The notes below the pieces were generated by a model, which worked only from the letters and a program-made list of their open reading frames with translations, had not been told where the DNA came from and ran no database searches. From Nymphaea colorata (Eukaryota): a stretch of 64,000 nucleotides of DNA. Below are positions 1 through 10,898 of this stretch, in pieces (position 1 is the stretch's first letter; each line of letters starts with the position of its first letter). The stretch covers positions 14,508,001 to 14,572,000 of the forward strand of contig NC_045138.2 in the NCBI RefSeq assembly GCF_008831285.2, in the 5' to 3' direction. Position numbers and translations under genes: made by a program.

Positions 1-1
1 G

Positions 2-2158
2 AAAGCATTTGAGATCACGGCAGGGTTCACCAGGGCAAGAATCCAAGCAAGCAAGAGCAAGGAGGAGCGAGAGAAGGGAAAGAAGGATTTCCTGGACGTT
101 CTGCTGAACTTTAAAGATGGCAATGGAGATGAACTGTCCAGCTTCTCTTCTGAAAGCATCAATGCACTTGCCTTGGTATATTGTTCTTCTTTCCATTAGT
201 CAGTCCTTTATTCAGATATTGAAACTATGACTCTTGTAGATTTTTGTTCTCCTCTCGTTAGTTTTGTTAAATATATATTATTAATGATTTAATCAGGAAA
301 GAGCGGTTCTATTTGTAGATTTTAAATATTGTAATCTCATGAGGACCCAACTTCTAGAGATCATCCTTCTTTTTTCAAATTCATCCCTTACCATTAGGGG
401 TGTTTGATCAGTTTGGATTTAAAATCCATGATTTGATGGGGTTCTGCAATGGTATGCTTTTTTTGGTAAAAGATCTACAGTAAAATTCATGATTTATCAT
501 ACCACAGATCCAGGGTCACACATAAGATCTACACTTAAGATCCTTACTTCACTCCTTTGCATTGAGAAAGAGTGTCATTTAAGATCAAAGGGAGAATGGT
601 CTGGCCCATGGTTTTCAAATCCTATAGATCTCAAGTGGGAGGCTATCAAAGCCCTCCTAAGCAGTAAAGGAATCTAGGTTTGATTTTGATCTTCTTAGGC
701 AAATCCATCCTTTTGTTATTTTTTTCACGATGAATAGCTTAAGCAGCATGTGTATAGCTTATTTAAAAATTACTCGCGTCTCTCCACATTTAAGTACTTC
801 ATGTTCTATTATATTCCCATTGGAATCCCATGAGTATTTTATTAGAAAGAAAAACAGTTCTCATCAGCAATATTAACTTCAATAGCAATTGAGAATGCTT
901 TTTGTTTCAGTAAATTATAACAGCCGCTTGCGGTTTCCTTCTTGTCCTTGAAAGTCCATAAATTCTCGATCAGATCTGTGTGTTTTTTTTAATGATATCG
1001 ATTCCCATCTGTTTCAATTCAATGCTTTTTGTTCTTTCTTTAATTAATGTTAATGAGGAAGCACCACATGCTTTACTGGAGGTACAAGTGGGAAATATCT
1101 CTAGGTAGCACGATCTAATTAATTTTCTGAAGGTTAGAGTAGTAGGCATTCAGTTACACTACGCATAGCTTGGTCCAAAGTACTTCAGCCTACTGAAAAA
1201 TTTAGGTGAAAGTTGGGATTCTTCTCAGATAATTTGCTTGTTATTGAGATAATTCCCTTTTCATATGAGTTTTTGAGCCCAGAACTGGCTTTCGTTTTGA
1301 ATGGTGGAACATGTATTCACCTCAATACAGGTGTAGCCTAAGATCAGCCCTGGCTGATAAAAAATAATGAATCCACCAGAAAACTATTGCATTTGAGGAA
1401 GATTGGCTAGTGAGAAATTGCTTGTTGGAAAACATTTCCGAACTTGAGAAAGCAGATTACTAATTTAGCGAGTGATGGGGGTTGGTTTCATGCTAAAGAC
1501 AGCGATTTCAGTTATTTAACTGTACATACTGCATGTTGATCTGCAGGAAATGTTCATTGCCGGCACAGACACGACGACAAGCGTGGTGGAGTGGGCACTG
1601 GCAGAGCTCCTCCACAACCCCCAGATAATGAATAAGCTGCTGGACGAGCTTTCCGGCGTCGCCGGCCCGGATCGCGGCATCGAAGAGGCGGATCTAGAGA
1701 GTTTGCCGTACCTGAGAGCAGTGGTGAAGGAGACGCTGAGGCTGCACCCACCTCTGCCTCTGATGGTTCCTCACAGAGCTATGGAGTCATGCACCATGAT
1801 GGGCTATGAAATTCCCAAGCACACCCAAGTGCTCGTCAACACATGGGCTATTGGCAGAGACCCAGAGACATGGGAAGACCCGCACTGCTTCAAGCCAGAG
1901 AGGTTCCTGGATTCCGCCATTGAGTACAAGGGCCAGCACTTTGAGTACCTCCCCTTTGGCTCCGGCCGGAGGATGTGCCCCGGGATGCCGCTGGCCCATA
2001 GGCTTCTTCCTCTCACTGTAGCTGCTTTGCTTCTTTCATTCGACTGGGTGTTGCCGGAGGGGGTCGATCCTAGCACCGTCGACATGAGGGAGAAGCTGGG
2101 GATCACTCTAAGAAGAGCCACACCATTGAGGGCAATACCTTTACCTCGCCGATCATGA
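2..2158 (+). CDS. Cytochrome P450, CYP76 family (CYP76A/G-like); 5'-truncated by the window edge. Exons <2..175 and 1547..2158
   Basis: Frame 2 from the window start reads KAFEITAGFTRARI...KKDFLDVLLNF...INALAL, followed by GT at 176. CAG acceptor ends at 1546, then EMFIAGTDTTTSVVEW (I-helix), KETLRLHPP (ExxR), FKPERF, and PFGSGRRMCPG (heme Cys); stop at 2158. A single phase-0 intron before the I-helix is typical of CYP71-clan P450s. Subfamily assigned from remembered motifs. Confidence 0.93.
397..657. mobile_element. Degenerate Tourist-like MITE in the CYP76 intron
   Basis: TTA followed by GGGGTGTTTGATC at the left end; ATCAAAGCCCTCC followed by TAA at the right end (imperfect TIR); about 260 bp, no coding capacity. 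Confidence 0.4.
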
Positions 2159-2950
2159 GATTTTTTTCAAAGGATCTTGAAGTAAGAACTTTACCAGATC
2201 TCCAAATAAAGGAGTCCCAATTGTTTCATAAATTCATTTCTCCTTTTAGTGTTTTTTCAAAGATTATGTTTGTATAGTGTTTGATTTGAGTTACCATGGT
2301 CTCTTAGTCTGTATCATGTGCCCATATATTTTTGAATTAATTAATTTTTACATGGTTAGTTGATATGAACATTGTCATATTTGAGTAATTAATCACCAAA
2401 GAATGCATTGTGGCAGCGAAGTTTTGAACAACTTCCATTCCAATCTGTTAGCAACAGTATTTTCTGAATCTGCTCACATACCTTTTTATATTTTATTAAT
2501 ATTTTGAAATATTTATTTATTATTTGTAAATGAAAATACTTAACGACGATGCAAACGCATCGTATCGGTCAGGACACTGTTTTCTTATACTGGCGGAACG
2601 ATCATAATATTTTTTCATTTCTAAAGAGTAATTTCAAATTTAAAAATAAGAACACTAGAAAGTGGAAAGGGTGAGTCGCTGACAATAATATCAATGAGAC
2701 TGGTAATTATTGGGAGAAGGGCCGAGTTTATTAATTTATCAGTCCACCACCCATTCTTTGATTTCACACTACTTGAATTCTTTTTATACGTATTTTATAT
2801 ATATATCAGCTTCAGCCTACCATCCTACAAAATATAAAATTAAACATCGTGCAATTACAATTCCTGCTTTTATATTCCTTTGTCGATGTGATTGGTGAAA
2901 TTAGTTGCATTAATCAATGCAGACTTTGTTAACTGCAATGTCAATAAATT

Positions 2951-3416
2951 GATTTTAGATGGGATATCAGACTAAACTATTTTGAAAAAATCGACTTATG
3001 AGAAGAAAATATTTAACATCCAATTAAGAAGTTGAATCTGGTTTGCATTTATGAATTCAATCAGATTTGGTTCAATTTCTAAATAAATGCCCAAACCAAT
3101 TAATTCGGAGTCAACTTCGGGCTTAAATAAATATTCTATATTCAATATACATACATTTTAGAGCCACTTTTTAATGTATCATAATGTGGTCCAGATCCTG
3201 TTGTGTATTTTGAAAGTTAGATTTGAATTGAAATGTCCATCTAAAAGATGGATTCATATCAGATTTATGTTGTAAATTTAAAAATCAGACTTATGTATGG
3301 AACTTAAATTCTTTTCATTAATTCATATTTGAATTCGAACCCAAATGTGTGAATCAAATCAGATGTTAAAAAGAGTAGATGCGGTTCACACATGACCTAT
3401 TGATATCCCTAAAATC
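2951..3416. mobile_element. MITE-like element with TIR core GGGATATCA/TGATATCCC
   Basis: GATTTTAGATGGGATATCA (2951-2969) is inverted against TGATATCCCTAAAATC (3401-3416). The interior is rich in TCAGATT/AATCTG/GAATTCGAA motifs, also seen at ~4700-4840, ~12320-12630 and ~12940-13075. Confidence 0.5.
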
Positions 3417-3862
3417 ACACATGTGATTCATTTGCATATATGTATATATATGACCAACAATATATGTTGCCTAAAAATTAATAATAAGTCACTAAAAAAA
3501 ACAGTTGCCACGAACATTAGGGACAATTTCTAGCGTAGCAATTGTTTATGGCATTTTTAACAAAAGTTTATGGTGTTTTCAATAATATATGTTTAATTTT
3601 GAACCATCCGGCAATTATTTGGCATCCGACAGATTTGAATCTTCCAATTTATGTGAAGATAAGATGGTTTTTGCTTTCAAGGACATGTAGACTTCAAACG
3701 TAGTTCCGTAGTAAAGAAAAGCATCCACTCGACATTTACTCAAACTTTAGGCGCCCAACGGTGACTGTTTCAAAGTTAAGCGTGGTTTTATAATATCTAC
3801 AATAATTGGGCACTTGTTTATGAATTTTTCACAAAGAAAAATCCCAATAACGCGCGCGGTTT

Positions 3863-4669
3863 TGATAGGATCTCACTGCCAAGGCGCTGTCGCTACCCAA
3901 GATCACGCTCAAGAGGGTGGATTGGTCTTAACTTTGTGATCTGCCACAGCTTCTCCTTCTATCGCAAAATCAGGGGAGACAGATGTTCCTTCAACCGATT
4001 AGAGAGAAAAAGAAAAGAGTATTGAGGACGGAAGGAGGATTGACGCCGTCAGATCGAAGAAAGACACTAGCCATCGCTGGTCAAGGGTGAGAAGAAATCA
4101 ATCCGGCCACCGCCGGGAAGACGATTAGACTTGATTGAGAAGAAGATGGGATGAGAGAGAGAGAGTGACGCCTAAAGTGAAAATCAATTCATTCTTCATT
4201 CAAGCATAATCCCAAAAAACTCTAATTACAAAGCTTATATACATCTCGGTTCACTTAGCTCCTAACCCGAGACGGTACAAAGAACTTAAAGTAAAACGAT
4301 TCTAACACGTCTCAAACCGAGATAGTATAAAAGAGTAAATAAACATAGGCAAAATGAGCGCCTGGATTGGATCTAGTTGCGCCCGCTCTCTCTACGAATC
4401 CGGACCCTATGAGTCATTTCTTGGGCTTGCGCCCGTCCTTGGCCGCGCGTAGTGCTGCGGCCTGTCGGCAATCCCTGCCAAGGTTAACCTCACTAGAAAA
4501 AGAGGGTTTAGGCCGGTCAGGTGGTAATCGGCGTGCCCAGCTACACCCTACTCCGTTGGTCCATTCTACTCTATGACTCTCGGTCATGCCTTCGGCAGTC
4601 CTCAACAGTGTCAAAATTAGGCACTTATCAGTTCCAACTTCCAACGTATTTCCCACGCCTATCCTAGCA
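3863..4669. mobile_element. Putative solo LTR (~807 bp), no target-site duplication found
   Basis: Starts TGATAGGAT and ends ATCCTAGCA (TG...CA, 8/9 inverted match). It is a GC-richer island in AT-rich flanks, with a GA-rich tract, a TATA-like CTTATATAC and short internal repeats (CCGAGA..GTA.AAAG). The 5-bp flanks GGTTT and TATGG do not match. Confidence 0.5.
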
Positions 4670-4840
4670 TATGGTTTGTGGAATTTAATGCTTTTATCTA
4701 AGTTAATATGCGATTCAGATTTGATATCTAACCAAACTATAATATAATGTAGATTCAGTTGAAAATTCTAATTATGGTATAGATTTTTCTTCTTCCAAAT
4801 TTGAATCTGAATATATAAATATTTGAAAAACAAATATGAT

Positions 4841-5975
4841 AAAATATATGAAGCCATGAAACTCTGTATCACAGAGACCGACCAAGGAACTGTGATCAGT
4901 GCTCGAAAAGGGCCCATGATCACTGCTCAGTATGGTCCCTCATGGCGTCTCGTTCGTCGCCTCTCCGCTCACGAATTCTTCTCGAACAAACGATTACACG
5001 CCACCAAAAGCATCAGAAGGGAGTGCGTGGACTCCACTGTTAGGTTCATAAGAGAAGAAAGTGAAGATGGCAAGAGGCCATCGACGTACGGAAATTCGGG
5101 TACCTCACCAATTTTAACGTGCCTCTAGGAACCTAGCTGATCCCACAAGGAAGGAAACGAGTTCTTTCATCTTGCTAATAAGATCATAGCACTGCTAGGA
5201 GAACCTGACGCAGCAGATTTTATACCCATTCTGAAGTGGTTCGATCCACAGGGCATAAAGAGAAAGTGCCAGTGTTATATGGAGAAAGTCTTTCAGATAA
5301 TGACTGGCGTAGTTCACTGAGGAAAGAATCCAGGCACGGATGAACAGAGGGGAGGAAGAAAAGGGAGATCAGAAGGACTACTTGGATGTGCTGCTGAATT
5401 TCAGACGACAACGCACAGATGAACCAGCTAAGTTCCCGGCTGTCGTCATCTATGCAATTACCTTGGTACATACATTCTTCACTTTGTCTTACTCTTCCAT
5501 TCTAAACTTTCCAATGTCTAATATATTGATTGGATTGATTTGATGATTATATTAAGTATTAGGATCATAGCTTTCTTGTCTTATAAAATCTGATCTAGAC
5601 ATCATCATTATCGTTTTCTGTTGGATTTATTTGCTATGAGAAAAAGCAGTGCTTCCAATTGATTAAAGTGTGATGACTTAATTTTGATGTATGTTATGCC
5701 AAAAGATGTTTATTGCTGGTACAGAGAGCAGCGGAATGGGTGCTATCCGAGCTCGTCCGCAACCCGGCAGCCATGACCAAGTTGCAGTCCTAGCTGGTTG
5801 TCGTCGTCCGCAGGAACGGGAGCACATTGGAGATGCTGGACACCTTTCTTCTTCCTTCAACTGGGCTTTGCCTTATGGACTCCAGCAGGAGATGCTGGAC
5901 ATGAGAGAGAGGCTGGGAATCGGTCTGGAGAAGGCAGTACCACTCAGGGCGATAACTTTGCCTCGCACCAGCCAA
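4841..5975 (+). pseudogene. CYP76 pseudogene, tandem paralog of the upstream gene
   Basis: Homologous fragments: KIYEAMK...ITAQYGPSWRLVRRLSAHEFF; ADFIPILKWFDPQGI; KDYLDVLLNF...IYAITL then GT at 5466; MFIAGTES; EWVLSELVRNP; SFNWALP...DMRERLGI...PLRAI. Defects: frameshifts, an in-frame TAG at 5791-5793, no N-terminal membrane anchor, and no ExxR, PERF or heme-Cys segment. Confidence 0.9.
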
Positions 5976-7455
5976 AGTTGTTCGACTATATGCGCTTGCT
6001 GCTGCAGATCAATGGCGTTTCTGGTCGTAAACTGTGTCAGATACAGTCGTTTTCAGTAACAATTCTCCTGTGCAGTCGTCCAAGAGTCCGGTTGCACAAG
6101 TCGGTGTGCTATGTGCTTCATTAATCTCAATACTAAAGAGTGTTGCTTAATAAAACTATGTTCTGTTACAACATGATTTTACGCATGACCAGCCATGGGC
6201 AATTCAGACCTGATCCAAATGTCAAAAGACCAAGGATATACCACTGTCCGGTGGCTTAATTTCTTTAATCATGGTTCGTTTTTATAGCACGATTGGCGTG
6301 ATTAATTTTGTCATGATAATACGTAGTATTGCTTTTTTCTTTTAATTACATGTAATTTTGTGTTTTTAAGAAAAATTTCCCCACACGGTTGGTATTCTTT
6401 ATCATAAAAGAAATAAATTTTGTAAACTTAATTTTCTTGTGCCTTCATGTGTTCTGAATTTGTGGCACTCCCGCATCAACTTGTCGCATGCATTTTATTG
6501 GCATATTATGCTGATCATTTCAGTAGAAGGAAAATTTCTCAACTAAAATTAATTAGAGTTAAATTAATGGTAAAATGAATGAGAGAATGACAAGTGCCAT
6601 CTACATATAAATAAACAAATTACATGAGAGGATCCAATACGGGCGTAACCGGAATTTGTGGGCAATCCAAACACATAAGAAATTGAATTTTGCAGTTTAG
6701 AAAATTTGGTAAAAAGAATTAAACTTTTGTTGATATTTTTCGAAGGAACAAAATTCTTAATAATACAACGATTGAGATAGACAGCTTTCACCATGAACGA
6801 ATATTTCAGCTGGACTTTGAGAAGTTTTTAATAATAATAATAATGATGATGAACAACAACAATAATAATAACAATAGCAAACGAGAGTGAAGTCTCGATT
6901 ATCATCCAAACTTTACGAAGGAAAAAGACAATGTGGCATATGAACATCTTCATGGCATCCAGCTTAGATACAACATAATTTTTCTGCCAATTCAAACACG
7001 ATTACAGTGCCCGACTCGATCTAAAATTCAATTCTGATGACACAAGTCCGAACCCTTCACATCACCAAACAGTTTTTTTGCCTAATCCACCATCGAAGAA
7101 TATTCTTAACATTATGTAACAACAAGAGCAAGGAGAACCTAAGCCTTAAATTTGAAGCATGAATACTAAACTATATTTATATTTCTGTCAATCACGTCAG
7201 TAATAGACTGTAGATGTGCATGAAAGCGAAGCATATGTGTGTTTTTTTTACCAACTTTGTGCAAAGTTTTCCATTTAGATGAATAAAATTGTGCCGACAG
7301 TATGTTCTTATACGTCAATATGTCGACAATGAATGGCGTCTAGACAAATAAATAATTTAATATAGATTATAGGTATGATTAAATAAGCATAAACAATAGA
7401 GATGACGACAATGGTGATGATGAAACAGTATGTTAAATTGGTGCTTTTAAAAAAG

Positions 7456-7541
7456 CAGATGATCAAGGAGTGATTCGGGGTGCTGCCTCTGCAGCACTTC
7501 CATCACAAACATGGAGGAGTGCTCACTTTTGAACTCTGTCA
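7456..7541. ncRNA. miR156-related fold-back or bulged miR156-complementary site (function unproven)
   Basis: 7519-7541 reads GTGCTCACTTTTGAACTCTGTCA, versus the perfect miR156 complement GTGCTCACTCTCTTCTGTCA. It can pair with CAGATGATCAAGGAGTGA (7456-7473), and there is an inner stem GCACTTCCAT...ATGGAGGAGTGC. Confidence 0.35.
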
Positions 7542-7740
7542 GGGGAGGAGGGGAAGAAGCGAAAGGCGGTGAAGGTTCTCAACTGGTAATTCCCCAAGAA
7601 ATTGAGGAAGTTTGAGATGCAATAATTTTTTCTTTTGTTTTTTGCTTGATTTCCTTTTCTTCTTCTTTTCATTCCTTCTTCCACCCAAAATTTTATTGTT
7701 GTATGCAAGCATCATGTTCTGCAAAGGAGAGAACCCTCCC

Positions 7741-7761
7741 TCTCTCTCTCTCTCTCTCTCT
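7741..7761. repeat. (TC)n microsatellite
   Basis: About 10 TC units, read directly. Confidence 0.9.
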
Positions 7762-8648
7762 GTGTAACATGACATGCGTTTGCAGTTTTTTCAATTTGCA
7801 CTCGATCGCTCTCTTGGCAGTATAAATTGTCGGATGTGACTCCCAAAGCATATTTATAGCACTCTACGAACAACAATTTCACATTCAAAAACATTGGACA
7901 AGCTTTAAGGTACTAGTGAAATATAAATGAATCCCTCGCAATCTTCGACCTGTTAAAAGAAAGTAATAGATTCGGATGACTCAAAACGTAATCTCAATTT
8001 AGCTTTTGGATTGCCATTGTTGTATAGAAGACGAACAAATCTTTCATGCATGAATATTGCTAAACACGGATAACTCTATCTTGGTTTGTTTAAACACATT
8101 GGAGCAGAAGCTTGTTCTGTACATAAAAACACGATGACCATTCAAATAAATAGATCATTTAACCACCTGTCTTCAAGTAGCATCCAGATGGTAAAAACCC
8201 CTTATTAAATTCTGCCTGTAGAGCATAAGCATGGGGCAACGGGATCTTTTGATGTCTTTCATCAAATGTCCGGACCCCATTCACTGGATTCCAAATTCTG
8301 TAGAACGACTCGGATGAATCATACTCTTCTTTTGATGGTAAATGCCACAGAAATATGATGACTAACGGGCTGGGTTTGGGCAATCACCAGCTCAGGCCTT
8401 GAGGTCCAGTTGCAGAGAGGGCATGGTTCTTCAAGTTCAGGCTCATTTGTGAATAACCAAACGCCTTGTTGTATCGTGGGTTGGGTTCACATAGTTCCTG
8501 CAGTTTTGATACAGACAAATGAGTCCTGAAAGGGCCCTATCGACCATATCCAGGTAGGAACTTGATGATGTAAGAACCGTCTTAATGAACCTTCTCCTGA
8601 TTCCATGATCCACTCTTTACAGCAAAGGATGCAGTAATTCCGCGAAAT

Positions 8649-10898
8649 TCATTTGATTTCAGCCCACCTACGGAATGCACGAACGTGCTCCAGCCTTTTA
8701 CGCTGCACCTCGTTCTTGGCATCTGAAATTTTCAAGCCTCTGTAAAGAGTTAAATGAAGTTTGAGAAACTCTCTCCTGTACTTGAGTTTATCAATGAACA
8801 TACCATGCTCACTCATCAAGCCAATAATTTCCATGGCTCTCTCAAAATAACCACCCCTGAGAAAATTCAATAGTAAACTGTCAAGCAAGTCTCTGTTTCT
8901 TTTCAAAACTCCACTAACCATGCACTCCTTGATCTCCCCCCATATCATGGTGACCTCTCTGTACATACCTAGAGAAAAATAAGTATTCACAAGATAGCCA
9001 AAAGTTTGAACTGTCGGTTGCAGACTCATACTCTTCATCTTCCTAAATGATTTTTGGGCGTCCTCAATCATTTTAGCCGTACAGAAAAAGCAGATGGCAG
9101 CATTTATTTCAAGAACCAACAAGTGTGTTGAATCTTCATTTCCAAATTCATGTGCCAAATGTTCTGCTAACTCAGACTTTTCAGCCCAGCCAAAGGCCCT
9201 TGTAGCTGTTCCACAAGCATCTGATAAAATTTGTTCATTCGACATTCCTCTTAGCAGGCCAACCTTTCTCATTTGTGTAATTAGTACAACGGCCTCCTTG
9301 AACTGATTTTTTTTGCAATAAGCTACGAGAAGAGATGAGTATGAATCTTCCTTAATGTGAACTCCTTCGGCAATTAGATCTTCAATGATGTCATGTGCAG
9401 TCTCCAACCAACCCAAGTGAACACAGGCCCATATAGCTTCAGTCACCATCCTGCCTACTTCTGCCTCATCCATCTCCTTCTGTATCGAGGAAAAAAGTTT
9501 GGCTAGTTTCTCAGTCTTACGAACCCTCGTGCAGCCAATGATTAACTTTGCAAGAGCTTTATGACTTGGTACAAGCTTTCCTTTGTTCAAGATTACAAGG
9601 TCCGGATGTCCTTCAATTTCGATTACAAAATTGTTCTGCAAAAGCCTTGGTTCAATCTTTAGGGCTAAACTTGTTCGCAATCTTCGTGATCCAATATTGA
9701 CAACGCTGCTGTTAAACTTTTCTTTCACTTCCCCTTTTTTCTCATTAGAGAAAGCACATCCTTGTTGCCGCTTGTAGAGGTTAACTACCAACGCTAAAGA
9801 GGCATCAATATCCCTGAACTTGAAGTGCAAACTCAGAAAGCTGTTATACAATAACTGGTAATGATGAAGTGAGTATGCAGAAACCTCACTAACATGTGCT
9901 TCAAGTTTCTTCAGTTCATCTCTCTGACCATTTCTCTCATGAACTAAGCTCATGATAGCAATTGAGGTCAAGTCCGCCCCAACTCCTGTTTGTGCCATTA
10001 GTTCAATTATTTCTTGGGCCTTTAGTACAGATCCAGCTTTTAAGCATGCATTCAATACAAGGTTAAAGACTCCAGTGTTAGGAGTCACTGACTTAAGAAA
10101 TGAACTTTGGCCTTTGTTTAAGTTCCTTTTGTGTTTCAAGAAGCATTCACTGATCTCAACCAACAACTCTGATGCAAGATAAGTTCCAATCTTTGATTTT
10201 ACCAAGTGCAAGAAAACTGCAGTCCATATGCCGACTGGTGGAAAAGCACCTTTCTCCAGCAAAAGTCTCAAGATGGAAGACGCAGGAATAGGCATTTCTG
10301 CTCTTGAAAGGGTGAGAGACAACATAATCAGTGAGTCATAACAGAGCATTTCTGGTTTCTCCTCCTTGATTACTAGCACTAAATCATACGCTTTACGAAG
10401 CCAGGCAGGTTCCGATGAATATGACAGCTCAGCTAACAATTTTTGCAGCAAACATTTAGTTGGATAACCATATAATCTTTTGAAGTCGGTAAATGATTCC
10501 CATGCGTCGATTATCCTATGGTCCTTCAGAGCAGTTTCAAGGTTGTTCAATAGCATTGAATAAGTTGAACCTGCCCAAGAAATTGGAGACTTGGTGACAG
10601 CAGAGGAATCCCCAAGAGATGCATCAGAATGTTGCAGATGGTGGGTATGTAATCCTCTAACTGCTCCAAAAACCTCCAAGGACTGAGGCCGAATTTCAGC
10701 AACCTGACCTTGTTCATTTGAAGGCTCCAAGGGACCAGACTGGCTGGAACCCATGCATCTCCTAACCCAAACCTTAATAACTGACGGAGTGAAGCAAGTG
10801 AAACCTAAACATCCCCCAGTACATTGTGCAAGGGTATCAAAAGATGTAGAGAGCAAATGGCGACAAAAGCCACCGGCAGGAATTATGCACTTTACCAT
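8649..10898 (-). CDS. P-class pentatricopeptide repeat protein, 749 aa, intronless CDS; resembles the Arabidopsis At4g17616 type, probably organellar
   Basis: 2.25-kb ORF with PPR-like repeats (PNTGVFNLVLNACLKAGSVLKAQEIIELM; SYSSLLVAYCKKNQFKEAVVLITQMRKVG; PTVQTFGYLVNTY). The C-terminus HLTLYRGLK...RLEHVRAFRRW is recalled as At4g17616-like. The true start codon is uncertain. Confidence 0.9.
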   Translation of the reverse strand: MVKCIIPAGGFCRHLLSTSFDTLAQCTGGCLGFTCFTPSVIKVWVRRCMGSSQSGPLEPSNEQGQVAEIRPQSLEVFGAVRGLHTHHLQHSDASLGDSSAVTKSPISWAGSTYSMLLNNLETALKDHRIIDAWESFTDFKRLYGYPTKCLLQKLLAELSYSSEPAWLRKAYDLVLVIKEEKPEMLCYDSLIMLSLTLSRAEMPIPASSILRLLLEKGAFPPVGIWTAVFLHLVKSKIGTYLASELLVEISECFLKHKRNLNKGQSSFLKSVTPNTGVFNLVLNACLKAGSVLKAQEIIELMAQTGVGADLTSIAIMSLVHERNGQRDELKKLEAHVSEVSAYSLHHYQLLYNSFLSLHFKFRDIDASLALVVNLYKRQQGCAFSNEKKGEVKEKFNSSVVNIGSRRLRTSLALKIEPRLLQNNFVIEIEGHPDLVILNKGKLVPSHKALAKLIIGCTRVRKTEKLAKLFSSIQKEMDEAEVGRMVTEAIWACVHLGWLETAHDIIEDLIAEGVHIKEDSYSSLLVAYCKKNQFKEAVVLITQMRKVGLLRGMSNEQILSDACGTATRAFGWAEKSELAEHLAHEFGNEDSTHLLVLEINAAICFFCTAKMIEDAQKSFRKMKSMSLQPTVQTFGYLVNTYFSLGMYREVTMIWGEIKECMVSGVLKRNRDLLDSLLLNFLRGGYFERAMEIIGLMSEHGMFIDKLKYRREFLKLHLTLYRGLKISDAKNEVQRKRLEHVRAFRRWAEIK

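Noticed and set aside
7523..7561. Minus-strand ORF ending RFFPSSPDRVQK*, resembling a CLE dodecapeptide (CLE43-like RRIPSSPDRLHN)
   Set aside because: There is no signal peptide, an in-frame TGA lies just upstream of the ORF, and the terminal His-Asn is missing. The same bases are better explained by the miR156-like match.
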